Assembly (NCBI RefSeq): GCF_006345805.1
Contig: NW_021833024.1
Coordinates: forward strand, 1-64,000
DNA length: 64,000 nucleotides
Reading direction: 5' to 3'
Origin: Octopus sinensis
Taxonomy: Eukaryota
Shown: piece after piece, positions 49,969-62,109 of the stretch
Numbering within the stretch: position 1 is the stretch's first letter
How the letters are laid out: every line of letters begins with the position of its first letter
Notes under the pieces: model-generated
The model's database searches: none
The model's input: the letters and a program-made list of their open reading frames with translations, nothing else
What the model was told of the DNA's origin: nothing
Made by a program: the position numbers and the translations under genes

Positions 49969-52632
49969 ATGAGCGGAAACCCCGAACATATCCTTAAACT
50001 GGCCGAGCAAGCAGTGGCCCTGGACACCGCCAAATGCCCCTGCCAGGCCTACCACTACTACATCGTACTACTCAAACACGACAAATTAGATGGCAATCGA
50101 CCAATTCATTCAACTGGACAGGACATCCACCAGCAGACAACTCAGAGAACGAGTCGGAAAACTCGTCAAACGGGCCGAGCAACTCAAACCCGTCGGTAAA
50201 CACGATTTATACATTTCTAGTCATCAAAGCAAAAGACGAGGTTGATCTATAAAAGTAGGACTCCTAGACTGTAGGCTCTGTCCGGGCTCAGTTGGCTCAA
50301 ATCGAGCAGTCTATTAGGCTTAATGACAAGAAGCTGAGTCAAGGACTTGTTCAGAAGGCGTTGATACAACTGGAAAACTCGAGGGTTGTCGTTAATGAGT
50401 TGACTGGGCAGATGTGGATGCAGTTGATTGCGTCTGAGGAAAGCAATCATTTGGTGGATGAATTGACAGATTTGAATAGACGGTTCACAAATTGAAATAA
50501 AATTAATCAGAATTAATCAAATTGAAGACAAGGAGGATAATATTGATGACAAAACAAAAGAACGTTTGGTTTACACACAACAAGAACTTGTCGTTTTAAG
50601 GTTAATTAGTTAATTAAATTTAGAGCATCATCTTATATAAATAAAATAGAATATGTCCCCTTCATGAATGTAGACTATGGAGAAAATTTCGACCCAGCCT
50701 GTGGATTATTCAAGTAAATAAAGAGCTGTGAGTGGACAGTGACGAGAAGGGGGTCCTCAAATTGTCAAGACATCAAACAAACATGTTCAGTTCCTGGAAG
50801 AGACCCACTCAAATTGTCACCCTGCCAAAATTGATGAGTTCAGTTTCATTCCAAAATATTCGGCAAGTATTGTGTGATGTGGGAATGCAGAGCGTGGTCT
50901 CGGACTGCTCGTTCATATCCTCACTGATTGTGGCCGCTCAGTATCAGACCCGCTTCCGTCGTCCTCTCCTCTCGAATATAATATTCCCACAGTCGAGAGG
51001 ACTGCCTGTTTATAATCCAAAGGGCAAGTTCATGTTCAAACTGCACATCAACGGAGTGTGGAGAAAAGTATTTCCCCCCATTTCCTCAGATCACAATCGA
51101 CGACCGTCTGCCAGTCGGGAAGGACAATTCTCTGCTGTGTGCCTTTACCAAGGAGGACTTTTGGGTGTCTTTGTTGGAGAAGGCCTACATGAAAGTGATG
51201 GGCGGATACGACTTTCCCGGCTCCAACTCAGTTATGGCAATTCTCTATCAGCAGTCGATCGACCTGCATGCCCTCACTGCCTGGATTCCCGAACGAGTGG
51301 ACATTGACACTCTCCGGGACTCCTTTCCTCGAATAATGAAACATCACAACCGCGGGAACTGTCTTGTCACGGCTGCTTCGGGGGCCATAAGTGAGGAGTC
51401 GAGTGCCACTTTGGGCATTGTTTCTCGCCATTCATATTCAGTAATCAAACTTGTCGAACTGGAGGTATGTGCTGAGTGCATTCCAGAGTGGACTGAGGCT
51501 ACTTCGACTGAAGAATCCCTGGGCTGAAAAATGCTGGAAAGGGAGATACAGCAAATACGACAGAGATAGTTGGACTCCCCAACTCAAACATGAACTGCAA
51601 TACAACCCCCTGACTTGCCAGGATGAATCCACAGGCGAGTTCTGGATTGATTTGCAGTCGCTGACTAAATATTTCCAAGTCCTGTATTTGAACTGGTGTC
51701 CTTCGATGTTCCCCCATCAGACATGTTTCCACGAGTTTTGTCTCCACTTAGTTTTATAGTTCGTGGTCTGTAGAAAGCAGTCCAAAGAAAGACCGGATTT
51801 CCATCGGCGCCAATCCTCAATTCCACCTCAAGTTTTCCGCGACCAGTCCTGCTGTCATTTGGATATTACTATCGCGGCATATCACCGAAATTGTATTCCC
51901 CATTCTCCACCCGAACAGGACGATTTTGCCCACAACAAACGATTTGTGACAATCGACGTCTACAGGAGTATGGAGGGGCGTCGAATATATTACACCAGTC
52001 AGTTTTACTCATTGTTGGTAGATGACCCCAAGCCGTACCAAACGGGCGTCCGAGTGAACAGTCCGCACTATTTGTGTCAACTACACACCCAAGAGGGAAT
52101 TCATTCGTTCAATCTGGTTGTGTCCGAGTTTGAAAAATCGGCCTCAATCAACTTTACTTTGCGTGTTTATTCTTCAGTTCAGTTTGACTTGTCCAAAATA
52201 TCCGATTCCTGCACTTTCCGCGAGACTGTTGTTTGTGGGGCTGATTAGTAGATTGTGGGGGAATGGAAGTCCACAACTGCGGGTGGGTGTCCGAATAGTC
52301 GGCCGTATAGCTCTAATCCTACCTATTTGATCTCCGTGGGTGGAAAATGTCCCACAAATGATGTGGTTATAGAACTACGAGCCCCACTGTTTGTCACATT
52401 TCCAATTCATTTTAGTTCCCTATCAGTGGCAATTCACTTCACGTCTGCGGATTTATCAGTAGATAGAAAGCCGAGTGTTTACAGGACTGGATACTGTGTG
52501 GAGGAGTTGACTGGGATTCCCAGTGGAGTATACAAACTAGTGGTGTCCACGTACTCCCCCTCCCAACACGGCACGTTCATTGTGAACTTGAAATCAACTG
52601 CCTCACTCGCAGTCAGACAGGAGTTTTATTAA
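49969..52632 (+). CDS. CAPN7: Calpain-7/PalB; about 16 introns of 22-28 nt
   Basis: MIT domain (AVALD...YY...RAEQL), catalytic SDCSF, HSYS and KNPW, LEKAYMKVMGGYDFPGSNS, two C2-like domains (TAGGCPN). Confidence 0.95.
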
Positions 52633-52689
52633 TTGAATTTTTATTTGTAAATTTGCTGCTGTCATTTCCTAATAAGACAAAGTGTTAAT

Positions 52690-53761
52690 TCACAACAAAT
52701 TATTATTTGCAGAATATTTATCCCTGAGACGCATAGCAAGTCGAGCAGTCTAACCATCACACAAAACACGACTTGTGTTTCGAATGATCTGAAAGACCGA
52801 TGGGCCAGCCATTCACATGCTCGGGAATAGTCATACTCCCCCACTGCGTCCACAACACTCCCCAAACTATGCAGACACTCCTCCCCCGACAGTCCTGCCC
52901 TTCGTTGGAACTCCTCCAGTCCATTTCCTGCCCCAACCTCGTCTCCAATGAGAAGATTCAAAAGTGTCATGTTTATTAGAGGACATAAACACTTGCTGGA
53001 CTGGCCGGCTGCCATTCTCATTTCGATTTCACATTTTGACGAGGAAATGCCTTCTCTGTCACTGAAATTATATTTGTGGGGTACCAATCCTGCGAGAGGA
53101 GGGCTCGGCTGGCCAATTGGTAGCATTCCGCCGCATCGTTCATCATCTCGTCGGCCTACAGTCACTTAGTGGCTCAACCTTGGCAGCCTCGGCAGCACAT
53201 TTATATATCTCGAATGCGTTAATCACGTCGTATTTCTCACACTCTCTATAAATGGTTATTTCTTCATGTCAATAAAATTATTAATTAAATAATCGGTTCT
53301 TGTGGACCTTGCGGCAGATAACATGTTTCTCAGGGCAACAGAATATTTCCCCCCAATTTGATAGTCATAGGAGGCCTTTTTAAAGTATTCCACAGCCTCC
53401 TTGGTGGACTGGGGCAGGTGGAGGAACCCCAGAGACAGCAAATTACTACTTTGCTTAGAGACTATTACTTGGCACTGTCCAAACATCTGCAAATTAAACA
53501 AACAATTTTACGGGAGAGAAGACTGGTCATAAACAGATTTGATGCCCAGTCTTGCCTTGATCTCCTTCTCCGGACACGTCGCTTGTTTGTAGAATTGTAC
53601 TACTTGGTAGGTCATGTTGGCATACAAGCTTCCTCGTACTTCGTTAGGGCTCCCTGTGTATCTGGGAAGGGGCGAAAGAAGCCAGTTTTGAGTCTACGTG
53701 AATATTAGAAATATGAATACAGCTTTTCTGCTTTGGCCAAACATTTGTCTCCATCTTCCAT
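52690..53761 (-). CDS. NAPG: Gamma-SNAP; 8 introns (seven of 23-27 nt, one of 60 nt)
   Basis: AKAEKL^LKTGFFRPFPD resembles AKAEKYLKTGFLKWKPD; EAVEYFKKAS; C-terminal EYD...FRSFET. Confidence 0.85.
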
Positions 53762-54199
53762 ATTTTAGAATTAGCTACAACGAATGATTAATTAATTGGT
53801 TTAATCTATTCAGGGAATATTATTTGAGACTAATTATAATTAATTAAACTGTAATCCTCTCCATTTCAATATTACTTGCTCTATTCTGATAGTTAAGAAC
53901 CGATAAAATATTTAAAGAGATCTAGAAATGTCATAAATCGACTGTTTTAGAAACTTTAATGTATTTAACAAATACAGTGACTTCTCTGAAATTGGCCATT
54001 TTTGGTTCCACGTGTTTTTGTGGTCAATTCGAGAAATGGCCAATTTGAGAAATAAAATCAATCTTTTGTGTAAATTAAATTTTGAATAAGAACAACTTTT
54101 ATCCAGAAAATTTTAAGTAATTAAGCATTATTAATGTTCTTAAAGTAGAATTGGAATTTCGTTTATCATAACGGCAACAATCTAGAATTAAATGATTTA

Positions 54200-54865
54200 A
54201 TTTGTGATTCTATATGACCAGAGAGTCTGTTAAAGACAATCTTTTCCATTGTCTTAGAGAAAGCACAAATGAGGCTAATTGGCCGGTAGTTCTGTGCTAG
54301 CAGTGTCGATTTACCAGATTTTGGAATCATTCGAACAATCGTATGCTTCCACGCCGATGGAAGGTGTCCGAACGTCCAGCTGGCGTGAAACAACATAGTC
54401 AGTGCTCGTATCAAGATTTCGGGGGCCTTCTTTAACAACATCTGAGGGATGTAGTCGAAGCCAGGCGCCTTGTTCTTCAACCCAGCAATTGCCTTTTCAA
54501 CCTCTTCCTGTGTTATCGCCCCACATAATGGTCCCTCCGATAATTGCGAAGAGCCAAGGCAACGAGTACTTCTGGCACGACACAGTTGGAAATGGGGATC
54601 TCTTACCTTCCTTCCGGTCTTAGCGTGGCGTTATGGGGTCCACCATGTCAGTTGGAAAATTCCAATCGGATATGGCAACGCTCAGGAGGCACTTAATATC
54701 TACCGAAAAAGGACTTCTAGATCTCAGACCCTGGGACATCGTCGTCTCAGGCCGATCATGCGGGTAGGATCGAACCTTTCAGTAGGATCTCCCTCGTTTG
54801 GATCGGCGATCACGGGGATTATTATAATTAACTGGCTTATTCGTCTTTGGTCTTTAATAAATAAC
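54200..54865. mobile_element. LINE RT fragment (minus, 54200-54530) joined to a LINE 3' end (plus, 54559-54865)
   Basis: KAPGFDYI...WKHTIVRMIPKSGK...YRPISL; plus part homologous to 33657-33965. Confidence 0.8.
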
Positions 54866-55040
54866 TAAAAATAAATAAAATAAGAACCGATGAAATATTT
54901 AAAGAGATCTAGAAATGTCATCAATCAACTGTTTTAGAAACTTGTATTTATTTTACAAATGGTCATTTACATAATGTATTGTACTCAGAGAATATGGCAG
55001 TGCTTGCCATTAATTTAAATGGAATTTATTATAAATGAAA

Positions 55041-56044
55041 TTACTCATAAAAATATCTAAGATTTTGTGGTAAAAACTGTCTATTTTTGTGAATCCAAAT
55101 TTGGAGGATATACGAAGAGCACATTAAATCCTGCACTAATTTACGCAACGAACTGCAGAAATCATAAAAGGACATTACTTCCAGAACAGTCTCTCGATAT
55201 ACGTGGAGACTAAACATTGCCTCACTATAAAATACTACACATTTAGAGAATGCAATACCTGAGTTTAACAGAATCTCGCATTTTATGTTATAAATGTGAT
55301 GATGATCCAGTTTCCACAAAAAGTGATCAGAATATATTGTAAAGGAGTTGATAATCGAAGGACTGAGACCTACAAGCTCGGCGACGTTGTTTCCTAAGCG
55401 TCTTTTGATCATCTTTTAAAATTATTTCAACAATTTAAACCGAAATGAGAGAATTTTCTCGATTAATTTGAGATTCATGCATCAGTCCAAAAATGACGAA
55501 AACTGGCAAATATTCCTTTATTGTGTTTATCTGAATAATTTGCTACAAATTATCAACAAACGCATACTTCGAAATTCGAAACAAGATGATAAAGAAAAGC
55601 CAATTCATAATCGATTATTGGATTGATTGTCGAGAATATTTCAGGAATAAAATTCAAGTCCTCTTGTATCTCCCATTTCATTACCATTTGAGTGCCCAGA
55701 GCTTGCTGTCTTTTTTTCCGATAATAACCACAGAGAATATTCCGTCCTCCCCTTGAACGATTCCCACGAACGACTAAAAGTAGTTAATTAAGAAGTACGG
55801 TCTTGTCTCATTCCGGCCTTGATACACTTTTTGAACCGACAAGCAGCACATTTCTTTCTAGACTGGATTGTAATTATACAGTCTTCCATATTGCACTTAA
55901 AAGTGCGTTTCCGTTGAATGGTTCTTTTGAAAAACCCTTCAAAATATAATTTAAAAACATACCTTTACAGCTTTCACAGGTCTTTATTCCGTAGTGGAAA
56001 CCTGAGGTCTGATCTTGGCAAATGGGGCATATTAGATCATTCAT
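55041..56044 (-). CDS. Nuclear receptor, NR5A/FTZ-F1-like DNA-binding domain, divergent C-terminus; 4 introns of 25-28 nt
   Basis: [22 protein letters not shown]^GFFKRTIQ...[14 protein letters not shown], then [11 protein letters not shown] (compare VRADRMRGGRN). Confidence 0.88.
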
Positions 56045-57009
56045 CGCATCTAAAAAATGTTAAATTAGTAAAATGGAAAAGCCACTAATCAATCACAGAT
56101 ACCCATATTAGTAATTGATACTTTAGCGAAGAAATGCATTTTATACTAATCTTATTGAAAAAGTTCGTAAATTGACCGACAAATACATTTTGCTAAACGG
56201 AAATTAAGTATATTTTAAAAAATGTAACAAAATTGTAATTTGGAAATATAATTCCAATCTGTAAAATTATTCTTGATTCAGAAATCAATCGAAAATTGAA
56301 ATTTGTAATTCGGTCAATTTTAGACCTTTTCAATTATGCTAAAACAATGTTTGATGTGTTTTCAGTTTATCTTTGCTTATCGGATTGATAGAAAGTTCTC
56401 CGAAATACACTTTAATCAGTTTTAGTGGTTACTCTTTTTTGAACAAGTATGACCACATCAAAGCCTGATTGGATAAACTTTTGCTGAATAGTTTATCCAT
56501 GACCTTCGTAATTAATTCGTTTAACTTTTAATTTTATTCTAATTATCGATTCTCAAGACGTTTTGGTAAGTGATTTTTATATATTTGAAGGCTGTCGAGT
56601 CTGCAATCAGTACCAATAGACTGCGATCCAGAACTCCATTTTTTTGAAATTCGACAGTTTTATAATTCCAGATTATTGTTATTAGATAATATAATCCTAA
56701 CAAATATCAATCATAATTCGACTGTCAGTGGTATTAATGACGACTTTCAGATCCAATTATATTTTGTAGTGATAGTCATTTTTTTTATAATTTGTAAACA
56801 ATTTGATACTGAGGGCAACGTCTCGATCATAAGTAGTTTTAGATTCAAACTAACTTTGCCTCACATGTTAGAGGTGGTTGCACAGTTTTAGTTATTTAAC
56901 ATAATGAGTGTTTCGTTTATCAAAACGGCAACAATCTAGAATTAAATGATTTAAGTAAATCAATTCATGTTGACCTTATGTTGATTAAGACATAATGTAT
57001 CACTGTTAG

Positions 57010-57400
57010 CATTAAGTTAAGTTAGTTAAGTTAAGCCATATTCAGTCGATTCCGGCCATTGGCGATTGTGTAAGACAAGTCCCTCCACGAAGCTCTATCC
57101 CCCACCAGCTCTGCTATTTCCGACAAATGATGTCCGGTAAGTTTCATTACTTCAGATGTCCAGTTTAATTTCGGTCTACCCTGCTTCCTTTTTCCAGCGA
57201 ATGAAAAAAGACAGCAGGATTTCTTTTCCTATACCATTCACCCGAAGCACGTGCCCCAAATATGATAATTGTTGCTTCCAAACTTTCGCCACAAGCGACA
57301 GTGTAGGTTTAATCCTTTCGAGAACAACGACATTTGTTACTTTGTCGTACCAATTTATGTTCAAAAATACTTTTTGAAAAATAGGAATTTTAGAAAAATG
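57010..57400 (-). mobile_element. RTE-clade LINE 3' end with (TTAAC)n tail
   Basis: INWYDKVTN..VL...QLSYLGHVLR; AGTTA repeats at 57013-57035. Confidence 0.75.
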
Positions 57401-57736
57401 ATGCATAATTACATTAGATGCGCAATCTTTTTATTTTTCAAAAAATATTTTTGAATGGCTTTTTTGATAATTACCAAATCAAATATTTTAGCCACTAATA
57501 AAACGTTATACGGCAGACAACTGATATTAAACACAAAACTTCCTGTCCATTCACTCGTCCTCTCAGTCACAGAATTAACGACTGTTTATTTGAAAAATAC
57601 TGACTATTAAAAAAAGCTCAACTAGGTTCGAATGTCAGATTTTTAAATTTATACATAAAACGTAATTACTAAAATTGTGAACAAATATGAAAATTAATAT
57701 TTTATTATTTTTAATTTACAAAACGATTCATTTTTA

Positions 57737-58755
57737 ATGTGTTTGTTCCGTCGCATGATGAGTTCTCTTAGTAGCAAGTCATTTATGACTACCATTGTAT
57801 AGATCGATTATATGTAATGGTTTTGAACTAGCAAAACAAGTCAATCGACAGACAAAAAAACTCTTGGAAGAAGCCAAACACAACCCCACTCTCCACATTG
57901 TCCAGGTGGGGGACAACAAAGCCAGTTCTCTCTACATCAATAAAAAAGTATCAGTCTGTCGGAATATGGGTTGCCTTATTATTTCGAAATAGGGATTGAC
58001 GTGAATGTACAAAATATATCTGAGAATACATCGGAAGGGCAACTAGTGGCCCAGATTGAGGATTTGAACGCGGATTCCACTGTGGACACAATTATGGTAC
58101 AGCTGCCATTGCCGGGTCACATGTCGACTCGTCGAATATTGGATTCCGTCACTTTCTCCAAGGATGTCGACGGAATTGGAAGAACTAATCTATCGAATCT
58201 CCTCTTTTGTGGGAATCACATCCTCCCTCCTCCCGTCGCGGCCATTCTCCACATTCTGTCGTCCCACGGTGCCCTGATCTAATGAAGTAGACATATCCCT
58301 CTACGGGAAGAACGTGACCGTGGTGGGGCACTCCCCCCAACTTGGAATGCCCATTGCCTCCATTCTCAAATCTGCTGGTTCATTCCTGTTTTGTAGTCTA
58401 GGCAAGGCCAATGTGACAATGTTGAGTTCCAGTTGTAATTTGGATGACTTGAAACGGCATATTCTGGGGGCGAGTGTTGTGGTCAGTGTTTGTGGCATTC
58501 CGGGACTGATTCGGGGTGACATGGTGTCTGCGGGGACATGTGTTGTCGATGTGGGGACCACTCATGTGAAGGGGGAGAGGGGACAATCCAGGGTTGTCGG
58601 GGATTGTCATTTTGCTAGTTTGCAATATTTGTTGGTTTGTAGGCGTTGCCCCCAAGTGCAGTTTCATCACCCCCGTGCCCGGAGGAGTGGGGCCTGTCAC
58701 TGTTTCTATGCTTGTTCAGAATGTTGTTAAACTACATATTCAGAAATATTATTGA
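57737..58755 (+). CDS. Methylene-THF dehydrogenase/cyclohydrolase (FolD/MTHFD2-like); 5 introns of 22-25 nt
   Basis: [49 protein letters not shown]; Arg/Ser-rich N-terminus. Confidence 0.93.
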
Positions 58756-58908
58756 TGTGCTTTTTATAAATTGAGGTTTAAGTTCAAAATGTCAGTTCTT
58801 TTATTTCTGTCTTTGCTGAGTACATTTACTCATTTAGTCAATATTTCCTCATAAATATAACTTATCCACAAAATAATAAACTAATATATTTTTAAATATT
58901 TGGTGTGA

Positions 58909-59574
58909 ATGCTACTTCGACATTTCTCAAAAATTTATACACGGCGCGGGGATTTCGGAAAGTCGAGTCTTTTCTCAGGAGAACGCCGCCACAAAAATGA
59001 CTCAATTTTTGAGACATTGGGGACCATCGACGAACTCTCCTCGGCCATCGGGTATTCCAGACCTCACATTTTCGTAGAATAGCTCGCTGTCACTGCTCTA
59101 CCCTCCCACACCTGGACTCAGAACTACTCTCAATCCAGTGTCTTCTCCAGGACGTGGGCTCAGTCATTGCCTCCCCCTCAATCACCAAAAGTCCCCTCCC
59201 ACTGTCGACCATTAGTGCAGTCCCTCATAACCAGTGGACATATCACTCAACTGGAGGAGTTGATCGACAAGCACACAGAAGGACTGCCCCCTCTCCGCGT
59301 CTTTATAATCCCTGTATCCACACAATGTGACTCCCAGTCGGGGGGGATATCCGCTGCCTCTCTCCACATGGCCCGCACGGTCTGTCGGCGGGCGGAGAGA
59401 CGAGTCGTGTCCTTGCTCGAAGGGGGGGACACTCATCCTCTCATTTGTCAAAAATTTTTGAACAGGTTATTTCTTTTGTGGTTATTGTATAGGCTTAGTG
59501 ATTACTTGTTTACTGCTGCCCGTGTTTGTTCACATGAGTTTGGGGTAAAACATGATGTTTACTCGAAAAAATAA
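58909..59574 (+). CDS. MMAB: Cob(I)alamin adenosyltransferase; 4 introns of 24-27 nt
   Basis: [26 protein letters not shown]^[17 protein letters not shown]^[10 protein letters not shown]. Confidence 0.95.
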
Positions 59575-59632
59575 TAAATTAATTATAAATACATATTTTA
59601 AATGAACGATTAATTTTTAATAAATATTTAAA

Positions 59633-60746
59633 ATGAGTTTTCTTGATAGTGTACGATGTGTGTAATAACTAATTGTAGTTGCCCGACTTTTCATCTCGCA
59701 ATTTTAGCACAGTCAATGGTAAGTAATAATAACCAGAAATAGACGTCGAAACACGTTTTTCTGAATACACCAAACTTTTCCCCCACCCATACAGCTGTGT
59801 TAGAGTACTCGTTGACATAATGGCCACATCCCACTGTAAGCACATCTCTCTATTGGCAGCTGCCAGTCTCAAAGGTCTGAGCGAAGAACTCGTCATCGCC
59901 TATAAGCGGATGAGTTCGCTTTCTCCACACAAATTCGCAGTCCATTCAGCAGGGGACATTTGCACACGATTTATCTGCAGTTCCACGTCCATCCACAACC
60001 CCGTTGGTGTGTGTACTCGACTGTAGAACTACTCCGAGTTCAGACAGGCGCTTTTTCTTAGAGCACATTCTTATTTGTGTTTGGTCAAAGAGGCGTCCCT
60101 CAACACTGCCTTCACTTTGGTCACTTTAGTGAGGAAGGCCAAAGTTTTATTTTTTATTTATGTTAGGAACTCGTCATCCTCGGGACTAATCAGGCACTTT
60201 TCGATTTGATTCAAAAAGTTGCCCAAAGTGAGGGTTCGACTCCGATGGTTAACCACACACATGAACAACTGTATGTAAAATTTATTAAAATAATTTATTT
60301 AATCATGAAATAATAATTAGTTTAACTGGAATTAATGGAAAAGTTGAAAACAATTTAATAGACATAAACATATTTTGCAAATGTATTAAAAAATATGATT
60401 TCTTGCTGGTGGGGGCGGAGGCTGTTTTTTCTTCGGGAGAATTCATTACGGAGGTCTGAGAGTCCTGTGATTTGCAGGGCGGGCTACTCCCCTTCCTCAT
60501 CATTGCCAAGAAATTGGAATTGCCAATTTATGTCGTGGTCGAGTCCTACAAGTTTAATCCGGGAACACTCGTCTCCAATCACTATTTGAGCGAGGTTTTG
60601 ATTTTGTTGCAGTCAAGGCGAGTTCGGAGTATTTTGAGGGGAATTTTGATATTGTTGATAAGGAATATGTCACAATGTTCTACACCGATATTGGTTTGGT
60701 GTCGCCTCTCTTGATTAAATATGTCATTGACAATATGTTCATTTAA
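59633..60746 (+). CDS. EIF2B1: eIF2B alpha subunit, divergent; 8 introns (seven of 23-28 nt, one of 50 nt)
   Basis: AVHSAGDICTRFI, DFLLVGAEAVFSSG, PIYVVVESYKF, YVTMFYTDIG. Confidence 0.8.
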
Positions 60747-60839
60747 AATGTTGTTTTCAAACTAAATTCATTCAAATAAAAAACTCGGGTTATTTATTTT
60801 ATCACGTGAAAAGCCGCCAAGTTCTACATTTGTAAAATA

Positions 60840-62000
60840 CAGTGAACAAAATGCTTGCTTTTTTATAAATTTACAATCGGACAATATCAAAAATATGTAT
60901 CAAATTTATTTTTAACATGGAATAAAGTATTTTATATTTTTATTTTTTGAGAAACATGGAAAAACACACAGAGAAATACAAGATATCACCAAAAGATCGC
61001 TATCAGAAGCTACTAAAACAACTGCTTGACGGACAGAAATGCCGGGTTTGGTCGATCATCGATGCTTAATTGTCAAGAAATATTTCAAATGAATGTGGCT
61101 CGAAAAGTGGATGTCCATTTCAGCTGTGTTAAATATGCCAAAACTTTTACAGAAAAAGCAGGGAAATCAGTAACAGCTAAAATAGTAAGAAATACAATGA
61201 AAAAATTGGTTTGAATGATTATCCGCCCACGAAAAGGCCACTTCTTACCAAAAAACATAAACTCCGACGATTGACCCTATACCAAACATAAATATGCTTC
61301 CAAGATATTTTGGGGAGCGAGTTATTTTAAGTGATGAAAGTAAATTTAAAATTTACAATTGTGATGGAAAAAGTTTTGTATGGAGAAATCGCATGGAAAA
61401 AAAAACAGTGACAAAAACAGTAAAATTCAGTAAAGGAAATATCATGGTATGGGGTTCCATATAATAAATGGATTCAGTAATTTGGTTTGGATGAAAGAGA
61501 AGATGGATGGAGCTAGATATGTTAGCATACTCACGAATAATCTTATTTCATTTCTGAACCAAATCAACTTGAAGATCCTATTTACCAACAAGACAATGAT
61601 CCGAAACATACTTCGGCAATAGCAAGGCGCTTTTTTGAATAAATAATATTGAATTGCTCTATGGCCTGAACAAAGCCCAGATTTAAACCCTATAATTTTC
61701 AGAAATATCACCCATTTGGAATGAACTCAAAATAGAATACGCAAAAAGTTTTATTAATAGCATGCCAGGCCGAATACTTTAATTATAGCTAATGGAAGAC
61801 ATAGTAGATATTAAATAAATTTGTTCAGTTTTTTTTGGATTCTGGATTATCAATGAATGAAAAAGGGTATATAAATATAATATTTTTTCGAAAAGCAAAA
61901 AAATAAACAATACTTTATTTAATGTTTTAAATAAATCTAAGTTATTTTTTTAGATATTATTTCATAGTAAATTTGTGAGAAAATGCTTGTTCAATAATCA
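60840..62000 (+). mobile_element. Decayed Tc1 element
   Basis: VILSDESKF, IMVWG, YQQDNDPKH, WPEQSPDLNPI with frameshifts. Confidence 0.85.
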
Positions 62001-62109
62001 GGATAATTTTAGAAGAGGAGGGAACACATGGCTATCCGAGGGAAAACTGATTACGTGGAGTAAATGAATATTGTCAAAAATCTATTTCTCAAACAAGTTC
62101 AAACGTTTT

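Noticed and set aside
57737-59574. Bacterial folD-pduO operon or horizontal transfer
   Set aside because: Both genes are intron-rich with N-termini resembling mitochondrial targeting peptides
31416-60746. Stop-codon reassignment or programmed frameshifting to explain fragmented ORFs
   Set aside because: Stops and shifts in host genes fall inside removable tiny introns, and TAA, TAG and TGA all serve as true terminators
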